A DNA stretch of 64,000 nucleotides, taken from NCBI GenBank assembly GCA_963677485.1, contig OY781964.1, forward strand, positions 736,001 through 800,000, read 5' to 3'. Shown one piece after another: positions 1 to 13,043 of the stretch; the first letter of the stretch is position 1; each line of letters begins with the position of its first letter. The notes below the pieces were generated by a model that ran no database searches, was not told where the DNA came from, and was given only the letters and a program-made list of their open reading frames with translations. The position numbers were made by a program, and so were the translations under genes. Origin of the DNA: Armatimonadota bacterium (lineage in GTDB: Bacteria; Armatimonadota; HRBIN16).

Positions 1-23
1 AATATCAATACTGGTTCGGCTAA

Positions 24-96
24 CCGCCAGACCGGCGCGGTCTACAGCCTTCTGTTGTCGCTAGCGTACTGACAGACCGCCCCGGACTTAGGCAAT
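24..96 (+). repeat. ~73-bp palindromic repeat, copy 1
   Basis: CCGCCAGACCGGCGCGGTCT...ACAGACCGCCCC(C)GGAC.TAGGCAA. It recurs at 12289-12360 (direct) and 12194-12261 (inverted). Confidence 0.85.
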
Positions 97-128
97 GAAG
101 ATTGTATGGCGGTGCCAGCCTCCCTTGC

Positions 129-300
129 GCCGGTCGGAGCGGAGCGACACCGGCCGCTAATGATCAGCCGTGCGGTGCAGGAACCCGCACTGGACGCAGT
201 TCCCGGAGTGTCAGCTCCCGGAACGTAGTCGTGTGGGTGACTAAACCCGCGGCATCGTGGCTGGCAGCCACGTTCTGCGACACGCGCATTGGGGTTTCGG
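129..300 (+). repeat. Structured ~180-nt element, copy A (candidate ncRNA or non-autonomous mobile element)
   Basis: 151-264 aligns by hand with 45561-45673 (about 88/114 identical). Several stems are conserved between the copies. Confidence 0.7.
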
Positions 301-323
301 ATGGCCACAAGGGCCATCCCTAC
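299..323 (-). repeat. GTAG-type REP palindrome
   Basis: Minus strand reads GTAGGGATGGCCCTTGTGGCCATCC, the same family as 32344-32562. Confidence 0.8.
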
Positions 324-333
324 GAATCCAAGC

Positions 334-1608
334 CTATACCCCCGCTCGTAAAACCGCATCGCGGCTGACCAACCCAAGAAACACGCCCGCCTGATCAACC
401 ACAGGAAGCCGCTTGATCCCATACTCGATCATGATGTTCACGGCTTCCTCGATACGGACATCCTCACGGATGGTGATGGTATCCGTCTTCATCACGTCGG
501 CGGCGGTGTGATGTTTTGACTGATCGATATACTCTCTGTGTCGCTTGGCGATCTCCGCCAGCGGCAGGTGACTCAGAAGCTGGCTCCACTGCCCCGCTTT
601 ATGCTCCGAGAACACCTGAAGTAAATCCGCATCGAACACCATGCCCGCCAACTTACCGCCTGCATCCACCACCACCGCCCGTTGAGTTCCAATCGCAGAC
701 ATCGTGCGCACCACCTCCAGCAGTGGCGTATCGGCTTGGACCTGACTGACGTCGCGCTCCATGATATGCCCGACGGTGTCCACCTTACCCGTGAGTGTTG
801 GATGGGGCTGTTCTTGATGTATGCCCGATGCATTTCGCGCGATCGTATGGAAGATATCAGCTCGCGCCACTATACCCACCAGCTTACCTTTAGAATCCAC
901 CACTGGCAACCTCTTTAGCTTGTGATGCAGCATCTGATCTACCGCCGTCGTCAGGCGTTTGCTTTCCTCGACGCACACCAAAGGCTGGGTCATCACCTGC
1001 CTGGCGGTCAAACCGGCCAACTGCTGCAGGTAAGTCTCACGCTGGCTTTGCTCAAAACTGGTCAGCAGCCCCAGCCTGACGGGCATACCTGCCCGTGTGA
1101 TGAGGTCATTCTGAGTAATTATGCCGACGGGCTCGTTTCTGTCATTGACCACTGGCAGGGAGTTGAACTCATGCGATACTAAAATGCGGATCACCTCCGC
1201 CACCGGGGTCTCTTCTGTCACACTCACCGGTGAAGGTGTCATCACATCCTTGACGGCCAACTGGCGAGGGATCAAAGAGCTATGGCTCTTATGAATCTGC
1301 ACTTCCAGCTCTCTCACCGCCACGATGCCATCGGGCAGCACCTCATCTATCATCGACAGCACAGCATCGAGCACTGCAGAGGGCAGCACGATCTCAATCT
1401 TGAGCGGCATATTAAACGCTTCCACTTCGATGAAGCTATTCGCCACCTCCCCATTTTCGAAGCAGCCTTCGTAGCCCCGCGTCACGATACAACGGGCGGC
1501 GATATGCAGCTCTTGAATGCGGCGGATGATTACATCCCATGACGCCTTGCCGTGCCACCGCGCGTCCTCGCTGGTGAATATCTCTATCACGTGATATGAA
1601 AGCGGCAT
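334..1608 (-). CDS. DUF190 (PII-like) plus two CBS-pair domain protein
   Basis: N-terminal IEIFTSED...VTRG..G...MPLKIEIV, then four CBS repeats (VMT/IME, LPVVD, G.v...D). Confidence 0.85.
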   Translation of the reverse strand: MPLSYHVIEIFTSEDARWHGKASWDVIIRRIQELHIAARCIVTRGYEGCFENGEVANSFIEVEAFNMPLKIEIVLPSAVLDAVLSMIDEVLPDGIVAVRELEVQIHKSHSSLIPRQLAVKDVMTPSPVSVTEETPVAEVIRILVSHEFNSLPVVNDRNEPVGIITQNDLITRAGMPVRLGLLTSFEQSQRETYLQQLAGLTARQVMTQPLVCVEESKRLTTAVDQMLHHKLKRLPVVDSKGKLVGIVARADIFHTIARNASGIHQEQPHPTLTGKVDTVGHIMERDVSQVQADTPLLEVVRTMSAIGTQRAVVVDAGGKLAGMVFDADLLQVFSEHKAGQWSQLLSHLPLAEIAKRHREYIDQSKHHTAADVMKTDTITIREDVRIEEAVNIMIEYGIKRLPVVDQAGVFLGLVSRDAVLRAGV

Positions 1609-1687
1609 GATTTTACCTCGTAAAAGTTACGTTTGACGACCAATGGCGGAGGGAGATCAAGTGACTATCCTATCCGCCATATGATGT

Positions 1688-4072
1688 TTAAGCTGGCTCA
1701 CCGTCGTCAGTCACGCCCCACTTCCAATTCCGAATCTCCGGCATGTCCTCGCCGTTTTTGTCGATGTATAGCCTGTGTTCGATCAATTTCTCCTTAAGCT
1801 GCTGCTTGAGATAGATGCCCTTTTCGCCGCTATGCGGCAGGCGTTCGATGGTGTCCATCACAAGGTGGAAGCGGTCCAGCTCGTTCAGCACCGTCATATC
1901 AAAGGGTGTAGTGATGGTGCCCTCTTCCTTATAACCGCGGACGTGGATGTTGTCGTGGTTGGTACGTCGGTATGTCAGCCGGTGGATTAACCATGGGTAG
2001 GCATGGAAGGCGAAGATAACCGGCTTGTCCTTGGTGAAGAGATCATCAAAGTCTGTGTCGCTCAACCCATGGGGGTGCTCGGTCTGCGGTTGCAGCTTCA
2101 TGAGATCGACGACATTGACCACCCGTATTTTAAGCTCGGGCAGGTGTTCGCGCATGATGGAGACGGCAGCGAGTGTCTCCAGAGTGGGCACATCGCCACA
2201 GCAGGCCATGACCACATCGGGGGAAACGCCCTGATCGTTGCTGGCCCACTGCCAGATGCCGACACCTTCAGTGCAGTGCTTGATGGCAGCATCCATTGAC
2301 AGCCATTGCGGTGCCGGGTGTTTACCAGCGATCACCACGTTGACGTAATGGCGGCTGCGCAGGCAATGGTCCATTACCGACAGCAGGCAGTTGGCATCCG
2401 GCGGCAGGTAGACCCGCACGACCTCGGCCTTCTTGTTCACGACCACATCGATAAAACCAGGGTCCTGGTGGGTGAATCCGTTGTGATCTTGCCGCCAGAC
2501 GTGCGAGGCCAGCAGGTAGTTCAGTGAAGCGATCTTCCGTCGCCACGGCAGGTGCGATGTCACCTTCAACCATTTTGCGTGCTGGTTGAACATCGAATCG
2601 ATGATGTGGATAAACGCCTCATAGCAGTTGAAAAGGCCGTGCCGTCCAGTCAGCAGGTAACCTTCCAACCAGCCCTCGCATTGGTGCTCGCTGAGCATTT
2701 CCATCACGCGTCCTGCAGGCGCCAGGAATTCATCATTAGGCACCGTCGCAGCATCCCATTGCCGATCGGTCACATCAAAGAGGGATTCGAGCCCGTTGGA
2801 GAGCGTTTCGTCCGGGCCGAAGACCCGGAAATTCCGCTGTTCACTATTTAGCTTTGCCACATCGCGCAGGAAGGGACCAAGCACATGCGTGTCACCGACA
2901 CCGCGCACGCCCGGTGAGGGCACATCAACCGCGTAGTCACGGAAATCAGGCATCCGCAGATCGCTGAGCAGGCTGCCGCCGTTGGCATGAGGGTTCGCGC
3001 CCATGCGTTGTTCGCCCTTAGGTGCCAGTTCAGCCAGTTCCGATTTCAAGCGACCTTGTTCATCGAAGAGCTCTTCAGGCCGGTAACTCCTCAGCCACTC
3101 TTCCAGCAGTTTGAGATGCTCGGGATGAGCAGCGGGATCCGATAGTGGTACCTGGTGAGAACGGAAGGTGCCTTCTACCTGTAGACCATCAACCACTTTA
3201 GGCCCCGTCCAACCCTTGGGTGAGTTGAGCACAATCATCGGCCATCGCGGCCGTTCGCAGTTTCCATTGACGCGGGCATCTTGCTGAATCTTTTTAATCT
3301 GCTCCACCGCCAAATCGAGTGTCGCGGCCATGGCTTCATGCATCAACTCAGGGTCGTGGCCCTCAACAAAGTATGGCGTCCACCCGTAGCCGCGGAGCAA
3401 CTGCTCCAATTCTTCGTGGGTGATGCGGGCCTGAACCGTCGGATTAGAGATCTTATAGCCATTAAGGTGAAGGATGGGCAGCACCGCGCCGTCGGTGGTC
3501 GGATTGAGAAACTTGTTGGAATGCCATGCCGTGGCTAGCGGACCGGTTTCCGCTTCCCCATCGCCGACTACGCAAGCGACAACCAAGTCGGGGTTGTCAA
3601 AAACCGCACCAAACGAGTGGCTAAGCGAGTAGCCCAGCTCCCCACCCTCGTGGATGGAGCCAGGCGTCTCAGGGGAAGCGTGACTGGGGATGCCGCCAGG
3701 AAACGAAAACTGCATAAACAGCTTACGCAGCCCAGCCTCATCCTGGCTGACGTTTGGATATATCTCGCTGTAGGTACCCTCAAGGTAAGTGTTACTCACC
3801 ACGGCCGGACCGCCATGTCCTGGGCCGGAGACGTATATCATATCAAGGTCGTATTTCTTGATCACCCGGTTCAGATGCACGTATATGAAATTCTGCCCAG
3901 GCGTGGTGCCCCAGTGTCCAAGCAGCATGTGCTTCACATCCGCGAGAGTCAACGGCCGTTTCAAAAGCGGGTTGTCATATAGATACATCTGACCCACCGA
4001 CAAGTAGTTGGCGGCGCGCCAGTAGGCGTCCATCTGGTATAGCAGTTCCGAATTCAGAGTGCTCATGGTCAT
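1688..4072 (-). CDS. xfp: Phosphoketolase (xylulose-5-P/fructose-6-P)
   Basis: [26 protein letters not shown] (TPP motif), [20 protein letters not shown]. Confidence 0.97.
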   Translation of the reverse strand: MTMSTLNSELLYQMDAYWRAANYLSVGQMYLYDNPLLKRPLTLADVKHMLLGHWGTTPGQNFIYVHLNRVIKKYDLDMIYVSGPGHGGPAVVSNTYLEGTYSEIYPNVSQDEAGLRKLFMQFSFPGGIPSHASPETPGSIHEGGELGYSLSHSFGAVFDNPDLVVACVVGDGEAETGPLATAWHSNKFLNPTTDGAVLPILHLNGYKISNPTVQARITHEELEQLLRGYGWTPYFVEGHDPELMHEAMAATLDLAVEQIKKIQQDARVNGNCERPRWPMIVLNSPKGWTGPKVVDGLQVEGTFRSHQVPLSDPAAHPEHLKLLEEWLRSYRPEELFDEQGRLKSELAELAPKGEQRMGANPHANGGSLLSDLRMPDFRDYAVDVPSPGVRGVGDTHVLGPFLRDVAKLNSEQRNFRVFGPDETLSNGLESLFDVTDRQWDAATVPNDEFLAPAGRVMEMLSEHQCEGWLEGYLLTGRHGLFNCYEAFIHIIDSMFNQHAKWLKVTSHLPWRRKIASLNYLLASHVWRQDHNGFTHQDPGFIDVVVNKKAEVVRVYLPPDANCLLSVMDHCLRSRHYVNVVIAGKHPAPQWLSMDAAIKHCTEGVGIWQWASNDQGVSPDVVMACCGDVPTLETLAAVSIMREHLPELKIRVVNVVDLMKLQPQTEHPHGLSDTDFDDLFTKDKPVIFAFHAYPWLIHRLTYRRTNHDNIHVRGYKEEGTITTPFDMTVLNELDRFHLVMDTIERLPHSGEKGIYLKQQLKEKLIEHRLYIDKNGEDMPEIRNWKWGVTDDGEPA

Positions 4073-4180
4073 TGAATTCCCTTCAGTTCAGTCTCGATGA
4101 GGCCGTTCGCCACCTCGGGTTTCCGAAGCAGCCTGCGTAGCCACTCGGCCCTGTTACGGTCACGTGATATGAACGCGGCG

Positions 4181-5113
4181 TCAGTTCACATCCTGCATGA
4201 TGGCATGGGCCACATCGCGTACGGGTTTGCTATCCTTGCCTAACGCCTCGAATCCTGCGATGACATCAAACAGCTCCTCATCGATCCCGCTCTGGCGGAT
4301 TCGGTGGAAGGCGCTGATCAGTGTTTCAAGCAACTCACTGATGTTCTTATCGGCACGTTGCATGGCGGCAAGTCGGCAGGCATTTTCGGCCGCCAGCGAG
4401 GCTGCACAAACCCGAAAGATCGAGACGAAAAGATACTCCCGGATGAGCACCTTCAGCATATCCGTGCCGCCACCTATCATCTGAGGTACGGTGGATGTCG
4501 GCCAAGGGAGTTCCTTCAACCGCCGCATCCAGCCTTCATCAAGCGGCAAGACGTTCTGGCAGGTTGGAGCATAAGCAGTGCCCTTCGTGGGATTATTGTA
4601 TATAAGGCACAGCTCAGTGACTTCATCCTGACGGCCGCTCATTATGCATTCATTCAGAATCTGACCAATAAGCGGAGTGATGCCTTTGACGGAGTTCGGC
4701 ACGGCATACAGCCCTTTTAATGGCAATCCCTCATCGACCAACCGACCATGAACCCGCTCGCCAACCGCCCATACCTCTGGCTTGGCCTTCAACGCCCCCA
4801 GCGTCGCCAGTGCAAAATCAGCCACCACATCATTGAATTGGCCCACCAACCCCTGATCCGACCCAAACACCACCACGACCATCGCAGAAGCCTGCTTTTT
4901 CTGACCTTTTATCGCGGAGTGTGCAGGAATGGCCTCTCGCAGGCATTCACCCAGCCCCAACTCCACCGTGTGGTAATAGTCGGTCAAAGCACTCACCGCT
5001 CGCTCATACTGGCCGATACTCGAGGCGGCAACGGCCTTCATGGTGCGCACGACCGACTGAAGGTCGTTCACTCCGCTGATGATCCGCCGGAGGTTCAGTA
5101 CGGTGTCGCTCAT
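4181..5113 (-). CDS. atpG: N-ATPase F1 subunit gamma
   Basis: [47 protein letters not shown]; last gene of the atp operon. Confidence 0.95.
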   Translation of the reverse strand: MSDTVLNLRRIISGVNDLQSVVRTMKAVAASSIGQYERAVSALTDYYHTVELGLGECLREAIPAHSAIKGQKKQASAMVVVVFGSDQGLVGQFNDVVADFALATLGALKAKPEVWAVGERVHGRLVDEGLPLKGLYAVPNSVKGITPLIGQILNECIMSGRQDEVTELCLIYNNPTKGTAYAPTCQNVLPLDEGWMRRLKELPWPTSTVPQMIGGGTDMLKVLIREYLFVSIFRVCAASLAAENACRLAAMQRADKNISELLETLISAFHRIRQSGIDEELFDVIAGFEALGKDSKPVRDVAHAIMQDVN

Positions 5114-6699
5114 TTTGCACCCTCAGGTGGGGCATCAGCTCGCGGTTTGGTCGACACGCTCAGCTCTGATCCCGACAAGGGTTTCAGCTCCGCCAATGCC
5201 TTTTTTGCGAAGCCAATGATAAGCTCGTGGTCCTCATCAGATATCTTCTTTTCAGCCACCAAACGTTCGCAAACATCAGCAGGAATGTCAGCGGCAGCTT
5301 CGCGCACAGCATATTCAGCCTGCGTCATCTGCTCAAGTGGTACACCTTCAAAAAGCCGTTCTGACAACGCCAGAAGCACTGTGATCTGCGCTGGCACGGA
5401 AACGGGTGAAAACTCCGCTTGTTTAAGGCACGCACGGATGCGTCGGCCATGCTCGATGATCTTCAACGTGGCATCATCCAGCCGGGTGCCAAACTTGGTG
5501 AATGTCTCAAGCTCTTCAAACTGTGCAAATTCGAGTTTGAGTGAGCCGGCCACCGCCCGGTATGCAGCCCGCTGCGCCTTGCCACCAACGCGTGATACCG
5601 ACTTCCCCACATCCACCGCTGGCAGCACACCCAGCTCGAACAGAACCGGTGAAAGATATATCTGCCCATCGGTGATGGATATCAAGTTGGTGGGGATATA
5701 AGCCGAGATATCCTGCGCTTCGGTCTCCACGATCGGCAGCGCGGTCAGCGAACCGCCGCCCAGCTCCTCACGCAAATGAGTCGCCCGCTCCAGCAGTCGA
5801 GAGTGGATATAGAAGATATCGCCAGGGAACGCTTCACGGCCAGGAGGACGGCGCAGCAGTAACGAGAGCTCGCGATATGCCCGCGCATGATGCGTCAGAT
5901 CATCATATACGATCAACACATCACGGCCAGCTGCCATGAACGCCTCAGCGATACTGGTCGCAGCATACGGTGCGATATAAGCCAGACCTGGTGCATCGTT
6001 GCCTTCGGTCACCACCACGACGGTGTAGTCCATCGCACCCCTTTCACGCAGGGTGGCTATAGTTTTGGCGACTGACGATGCCCTTTGCCCGATGGCGCAA
6101 TACACGCACAGCACGCCGTATTCACGCTGGTTGAGGATGGTATCCAAAGCGATGGTGGATTTCCCCGTTTGGCGGTCGCCCATGATCAGCTCGCGCTGGC
6201 CACGTCCTACAGGGATGAGCGCATCGATCACTTTCACGCCCGTCTGAAGTGGGATGGTCACGGGTGAACGGTCCATGATCGGCATCGCGGGACGTTCGAC
6301 GGGCAGACGCTCTTCCGTGTCCACCACCCCTTTACCATCGAGGGGTCTGCCAAGCGGATCGATGATACGGCCCAACAAACTGTTGCCAACAGGCACATCC
6401 ATCACCCGGCCAGTGCGATGCACCTCATCGCCGGTATGCAGATTCCAGTAATCGCCAAGCAACACCACGCCAATTTCATTCGGGTCTATGTTGAACGCGA
6501 TACCCATGATATTACCAGGGAAGACCACAATTTCATCAAAACCCACGCCCGGAAGACCTGACACTTTGGCGATGCCAGTGGCGATGCTGGTCACGATGCC
6601 CACCTCACGCGGCTTAATCTGAGGCGCATGCGCTTCACGAACCTGCTTCATCTCGTTGAATGCGTTCTCTATACTGTTCTGAAGGCTCTCTGCATCCAT
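5110..6699 (-). CDS. atpA: N-ATPase F1 subunit alpha
   Basis: [39 protein letters not shown]. Confidence 0.97.
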   Translation of the reverse strand: MDAESLQNSIENAFNEMKQVREAHAPQIKPREVGIVTSIATGIAKVSGLPGVGFDEIVVFPGNIMGIAFNIDPNEIGVVLLGDYWNLHTGDEVHRTGRVMDVPVGNSLLGRIIDPLGRPLDGKGVVDTEERLPVERPAMPIMDRSPVTIPLQTGVKVIDALIPVGRGQRELIMGDRQTGKSTIALDTILNQREYGVLCVYCAIGQRASSVAKTIATLRERGAMDYTVVVVTEGNDAPGLAYIAPYAATSIAEAFMAAGRDVLIVYDDLTHHARAYRELSLLLRRPPGREAFPGDIFYIHSRLLERATHLREELGGGSLTALPIVETEAQDISAYIPTNLISITDGQIYLSPVLFELGVLPAVDVGKSVSRVGGKAQRAAYRAVAGSLKLEFAQFEELETFTKFGTRLDDATLKIIEHGRRIRACLKQAEFSPVSVPAQITVLLALSERLFEGVPLEQMTQAEYAVREAAADIPADVCERLVAEKKISDEDHELIIGFAKKALAELKPLSGSELSVSTKPRADAPPEGAK

Positions 6700-6701
6700 G
6701 C

Positions 6702-7538
6702 TTATGAACTCACGACTTCACTAGTTGGTTCCACTGGTTGCGCGTCACCAGACTTGGGTTTCTCATCCGCGTGTTGTTTGTGGTTCGCTTGAATCAGTTC
6801 ATCGATACCGGATTGGAGTGTTGTCAAGTAGTCCGAAAAACTCCAGGCCAGCTTTTGACCGTGTGTCGTGAGCTCAATACCACTCACAATGTTCGGATCG
6901 GTCTCGAATTGCACAGCAAAACTGGTCTGAAACACATCGTTGAGTGCAGATTGGATATTCGAACGTGATTCGGCCGGCAACTCAAAAGCACTCCGCACGA
7001 TCGAAGGCTCCGAAGATGACTTATTGGCTTCTGAGAGCTTGAGCTTCGTCGGCTCGTCCAGTTGGTGCAGGCGTTGTATGAACACATCACACATCCGCTC
7101 ATCCAGGCTTGCGTCTGCCATATCGGTCAGTGCAAGCCGTGCGATATCAAGCACCTCCTGCTGAGTCCTGCGGCTGATCGCACTAATCAACTTATGCTCT
7201 TCATCCTGCAGCAATCGGGTCTGTTGGAGGCCTAACTCCACAGCCGCTTGACGTGCCTCGTCCATCAACCGCTGACGTTCCGCACCAGCTTCATCGGTGG
7301 CTTTACTCATCAGTGCCGCGCGTTGTTGTTCCAGCTCCTCGTTCTTGCGCTGGAACTCATCGCGTTCCTGCTGAGCTTTTGCCTTATCATCGGCAGCCGC
7401 AGCGATCTCGTCGGCTATCCTCTTCTCCCGATCGTCGATCGCATCAAGTATCGGCTTATATAGGAACCGCCGTATAAAATACACCAGGATCAGAAAGTTC
7501 AGTGCCTGGGTTCCGATTGTAAACCAGTCGATCTGCAT
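6702..7538 (-). CDS. atpF: N-ATPase subunit b (b/delta-like fusion)
   Basis: MQIDWFT...NFLIL...FLYKPI, then a coiled coil and a C-terminal GIELT...W delta-like extension. Confidence 0.93.
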   Translation of the reverse strand: MQIDWFTIGTQALNFLILVYFIRRFLYKPILDAIDDREKRIADEIAAAADDKAKAQQERDEFQRKNEELEQQRAALMSKATDEAGAERQRLMDEARQAAVELGLQQTRLLQDEEHKLISAISRRTQQEVLDIARLALTDMADASLDERMCDVFIQRLHQLDEPTKLKLSEANKSSSEPSIVRSAFELPAESRSNIQSALNDVFQTSFAVQFETDPNIVSGIELTTHGQKLAWSFSDYLTTLQSGIDELIQANHKQHADEKPKSGDAQPVEPTSEVVSS

Positions 7539-7542
7539 GGGT

Positions 7543-7830
7543 CTACTTCCCTGCAGCTTGCGTGATGAAGTAAGTCCAGAACGGGTTAGCGAAAATCAAG
7601 ATCATTGTGATCACAAAGCAGTAGATAGCGATCGATTCAACCATAGCCAACCCCACGAACAAAGCCCGCGTGATGGTGGCTGAAGCATCTGGCTGTTGAG
7701 CGATTGAGCTCAATGCCATCGCGATGGCCCTTCCTTCCGCTATGGCCGGACTCACGCAACCCAGACATGTCGTCAATCCTGCTAATACGATGGATACTAC
7801 TGCGACTATTGTGATGTTATCCATAGTCAT
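7543..7830 (-). CDS. atpE: N-ATPase subunit c
   Basis: Hairpin of two TM helices with AEG, the QQP loop and LAMVESIAIY. Start may be 7824. Confidence 0.95.
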   Translation of the reverse strand: MTMDNITIVAVVSIVLAGLTTCLGCVSPAIAEGRAIAMALSSIAQQPDASATITRALFVGLAMVESIAIYCFVITMILIFANPFWTYFITQAAGK

Positions 7831-7857
7831 CTCCTTTGGATAAGGCCGCTGTTGTCA

Positions 7858-8550
7858 TCACGCGGCATCGTGTTTCGTTTGCGGTGAATGTGCCTGAGTA
7901 GCTGCAGCGATGTAGACGGCAGCTAAGGTCGTAAAGATATACGCCTGCACCATGCCCGTCAGCAGGCCCAGTGCAATCATAAACAGGGGAAAGATGAGCG
8001 GCGCGATCATGATTAGCACCGCGACGATCATCGATCCACTCATCATGTTTCCAAAAAGACGTACCGACAACGCCACGGTGCGTGACAGCTCACTGATGAG
8101 ATGGAACGGGATCATGATGGCGGTAGGCTCCGCATATGTCTTCAGGTATCCGATGATTCCTTGTTCTTTGATGCCGAATATCGGCACCGCGAAGAACACA
8201 CAGAGCGCAAGAGCTATCGTTGTGGACAGCGAACCGGTTGGCGGCTCCACGCCCGGGATCAGCGTGCAGAGGCATGATCCTGCGATGAACAGAAAGAGCG
8301 TGCCCAGAAAGCTCAGGTAAGTCCGCGGGTGTTTCAGCCCGACCTCGCGTATCTGGTTTTCGATGGCGGAGACGATGAGTTCCAGGAAATTCTGACTTCG
8401 AGACCGCTCCATGCCTGTTGTGATGCGGCGTGTGACCAGTTTTGAGCCGATCACGAGCACCAGCATCAGCACCCAGGTGACCACCATCGTGCCGTTGATT
8501 TTGAATATGCCATGATGCCAATAGACAAGCTGATCCGGGCTAAGATGCAT
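7858..8550 (-). CDS. atpB: N-ATPase subunit a
   Basis: PPTGSLSTT, LSVRLFGNMMSG (stator Arg), QAYIF. Confidence 0.95.
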   Translation of the reverse strand: MHLSPDQLVYWHHGIFKINGTMVVTWVLMLVLVIGSKLVTRRITTGMERSRSQNFLELIVSAIENQIREVGLKHPRTYLSFLGTLFLFIAGSCLCTLIPGVEPPTGSLSTTIALALCVFFAVPIFGIKEQGIIGYLKTYAEPTAIMIPFHLISELSRTVALSVRLFGNMMSGSMIVAVLIMIAPLIFPLFMIALGLLTGMVQAYIFTTLAAVYIAAATQAHSPQTKHDAA

Positions 8551-8851
8551 GGTCTTCCTCCTTTGTGATCAGACCCGACGCTTCAGGAAGCCGAGTGAGG
8601 CGTGTCACAGCAACACGGGCAATGACCAGTCCTAAAAGGCATACCACGAACCGCTCCCAGTGGCCATGTGCCACCAAGACCATACCGATGATGACAGCCC
8701 CCAGACGCAATAGCAGGCTGCCCATCACCAAAGCCACAGGGTGGCGTGCTGTGAGTATCCGCTGCACGGTCCACCATAGGCCGCCAAAGAACAGCAGACC
8801 CAGCAACAACCCAGTCAGCAGCGATACTACTATACCTGTGGTGTCACTCAT
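8540..8851 (-). CDS. atpR: N-ATPase accessory subunit AtpR
   Basis: LFFGGLWWTV motif; lies between atpQ and atpB. Start moved to the ATG at 8851. Confidence 0.85.
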   Translation of the reverse strand: MSDTTGIVVSLLTGLLLGLLFFGGLWWTVQRILTARHPVALVMGSLLLRLGAVIIGMVLVAHGHWERFVVCLLGLVIARVAVTRLTRLPEASGLITKEEDHAS

Positions 8852-9183
8852 CCTTGTCCCCCTGCTCGTCAGTATCATCGTTGATCTTTCGGTGCTCCTC
8901 ATCCACCCAATGCCAGGCCGATAGACAGCCGACTACCACACCTGCCGCCAGCAGCATCAGCGTCCACGAGTGTGGCCCCGGATGATGCGTATCAATCCAT
9001 ATTCCGAGGGCGGCACCTCCCAGAGTCGGTATCACCACCGACCAGCCGATCAGCCCCATCATGCCCAAGCCAAACCAGATGTCACGCGATTGGCGGCGTT
9101 TGGCCTTCACCTTACGCTGTGCTTTCGCACCGATCTCACGGCTGAACTCATCAGAGCCCGTCTCATTCTTGTTGCCCGGCTTG

Positions 9184-9191
<8 letters not shown>
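8844..9191 (-). CDS. atpQ: N-ATPase accessory subunit AtpQ (AtpZ/AtpI family)
   Basis: GLGMMGLIGWSVVIPT..G..LGIWID. Confidence 0.88.
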
Positions 9192-11047
<1,856 letters not shown>

Positions 11048-11051
11048 CTAA

Positions 11052-11966
11052 CTACACACCCTTCTTAACTCGCGGCGACACAGGCGCCGCCGGTGCTGTA
11101 TGCCATTCCGCTTGTGCCGCACAAAGGCAAGCGCCCATGATCAGAATGCATCCTGACAGAAAAATCCACATCAACAACGCGATTATCCCGCCGAATGCCC
11201 CATAAATCGCATTGAACGTGGCATAATCGCGGAGGTAGATCACGAATAGGCTCTCAGACGCCTGCAAAAACAGGGTGGCAAACAGCGCCGCAACCCATAC
11301 TTCACCAAATCGTGTAGGACGGCGCGGAGCGAGTTTATAGAACAGGCTCAGACCGGTAAATACCATGAGAATGGGGATTAATGTGCTCACGGCAGAGTAG
11401 ACGAGTGAACCAAAACCACTGGCCGGAAACAGCCCATCCTTCGCCATTTTGGTCAGCACCGGTATAGCTATACCGAATAGAACTGCGCTCACCATGATGG
11501 CTAAAAACACCAGGCTTTTGAGCGGCAACCGCCACCAACTATATGCATCAGCTCCCCAAGCGCGATTTGTGGCACGGATCAGCGTTGTGAAGAAGCCCAT
11601 AGAGCCCCACGCGAGGATAATAAACGCCAGGAGACCCGCCTTCCCTCGCGTCTTGACCACTCCCGCGATGGTGTCAAAAATGTATCGCTGGTTATCACCC
11701 CCGATCGGAACATAGCTCTCTACGTAGGAAATGATCTCCGTTCCGGCGCGATCGCGATTGATAAAGATGGAGGCTATTGTGACGAAGAGGATGATGAGTG
11801 GGAACAACGAAAAGAACGCATAGTGCGCGAAAGCCGCAGCCCACTGCGTGCCGTCGATCAGCGCGAACTTCTTAACCGCAAGACATAGTATCGTCCAGAC
11901 GCGGTTCGCTTCCCGGCTAAGCCTGTGAGGATTGACGGGTAGCTTATCGAGCTGCATTTGTATCAT
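11052..11966 (-). CDS. YihY/BrkB family membrane protein
   Basis: AAAFAHYAFFSLFP and YGAFGGIIALLMW motifs; multiple TM helices. Confidence 0.9.
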   Translation of the reverse strand: MIQMQLDKLPVNPHRLSREANRVWTILCLAVKKFALIDGTQWAAAFAHYAFFSLFPLIILFVTIASIFINRDRAGTEIISYVESYVPIGGDNQRYIFDTIAGVVKTRGKAGLLAFIILAWGSMGFFTTLIRATNRAWGADAYSWWRLPLKSLVFLAIMVSAVLFGIAIPVLTKMAKDGLFPASGFGSLVYSAVSTLIPILMVFTGLSLFYKLAPRRPTRFGEVWVAALFATLFLQASESLFVIYLRDYATFNAIYGAFGGIIALLMWIFLSGCILIMGACLCAAQAEWHTAPAAPVSPRVKKGV

Positions 11967-12193
11967 GTTGGCATGAGCCAGAAGATAATTCTCAGGTGAC
12001 GGTTCATGAAAACATATCTCCTATCACAGGCGTGCTTAAAGATTCACAGGCACCTGCCATTGAAAACAGCAATGCTGGTGTATATCTTTCTGAGTATACC
12101 CGCTTTAGGAATGTCTTTGTGAAGCGTCATAACCTGGTTAATATGCCATCCGGCCTATCTATGTTATATGGCCGGCCTGTCAGTAACCCTTTA

Positions 12194-12360
12194 TTGGCTA
12201 TGTCCGGGGCGGTCTGTCATTACGCCTGCGGAGGCCACTGTAATAGACCGCGCCGGTCTGGGACCTGACACAAATCTATCCAGGCTATCCGCCAGACCGG
12301 CGCGGTCTTGAGCCTTCTGCATCCGCTAGCCTGCGCACAGACCGCCCCGGACATAGGCAA
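12194..12360. repeat. Inverted pair of the ~73-bp repeat (copies 2 and 3)
   Basis: 12194-12261 is the reverse complement, and 12289-12360 a direct copy, of 24-96. Confidence 0.85.
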
Positions 12361-12398
12361 CTTAGTTACTCACAAGGGTGATTGATGTATGGTTAACG

Positions 12399-13043
12399 CT
12401 AACCACCGAGCGTCACGTCCTGCTTTGAATACCATTCTATTGCCTGGGTGAAGTGATTGGGCTTGAAATCAGGCCAGAGGTCATCGACTATGTAAATATC
12501 GGCATATACAGATTGCACCGGTAGAAACCCGCTCAACCTGTTCCAACCGCCCCAGCGAATAATCAAGTCTATCCTCGAAACATCAGCAGATCGAAGGTTA
12601 GGAATCACTCCTGTTTGTTTGGGATCGGCTGTTCGCAGGTTGTTCAAATCCCATTCCCACCCATAGTTCACCAGGAAATTGACTTTAATGCCGCCGTTGC
12701 CAAATCTCTGGCGTTGACCGGTATAAGGAAGAAGCTCACTGGGAAACGTCCGGGAGTCGGTATTACCCACGACCAGTAAATCCGCATCCTCTTTAGAAAG
12801 CATCTCAACACCCTGAATACAAGCTGCGATGAACGCATTCCGTTGTATCAACGGCCTTTTGGTATTCTCCATGGTGTACCCATAATAGGTCACCTCTTGA
12901 ATTCCGGCGTCCTGCATCAGCTTGAAAAGCGTATAGCCTGGATCTAGCCCTTGGACCCATCCTTCTGCTTTCGGTATGCCCTTCGATGCGGCCCACCTTC
13001 TGCTTCCGTCAGGAATAATACCAATATGTCTTGGTAACCGCAT
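12399..13043 (-). CDS. cis-prenyltransferase (UppS-like, short form)
   Basis: PRHIGIIPDGSRRW, TMENTKRP, IDLIIRWGG..RLSGFL, LWPDF. Confidence 0.85.
   Translation of the reverse strand: MRLPRHIGIIPDGSRRWAASKGIPKAEGWVQGLDPGYTLFKLMQDAGIQEVTYYGYTMENTKRPLIQRNAFIAACIQGVEMLSKEDADLLVVGNTDSRTFPSELLPYTGQRQRFGNGGIKVNFLVNYGWEWDLNNLRTADPKQTGVIPNLRSADVSRIDLIIRWGGWNRLSGFLPVQSVYADIYIVDDLWPDFKPNHFTQAIEWYSKQDVTLGG

Noticed and set aside
164-202. Group II intron domain V resemblance (AGCCGTG...GRAAC.C.CAC...GTT) in the structured element
   Set aside because: The lower stem does not pair, the length is wrong, and there is no domain VI or RT.
209-228. SRP RNA-like TGTCAG..CCGGAA
   Set aside because: It lacks GGAAGCAGC and is not conserved in copy B.
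4748-5701. 317-aa plus-strand ORF
   Set aside because: Antisense to atpA/atpG with no protein-like motifs.
12117-12134. Possible Rex site upstream of the yihY-atp operon
   Set aside because: Only the TTGTGAA half-site matches.
12630-12665. tRNA T-arm-like GTTCAAATCC
   Set aside because: It lies inside the UppS-like CDS and forms no cloverleaf.
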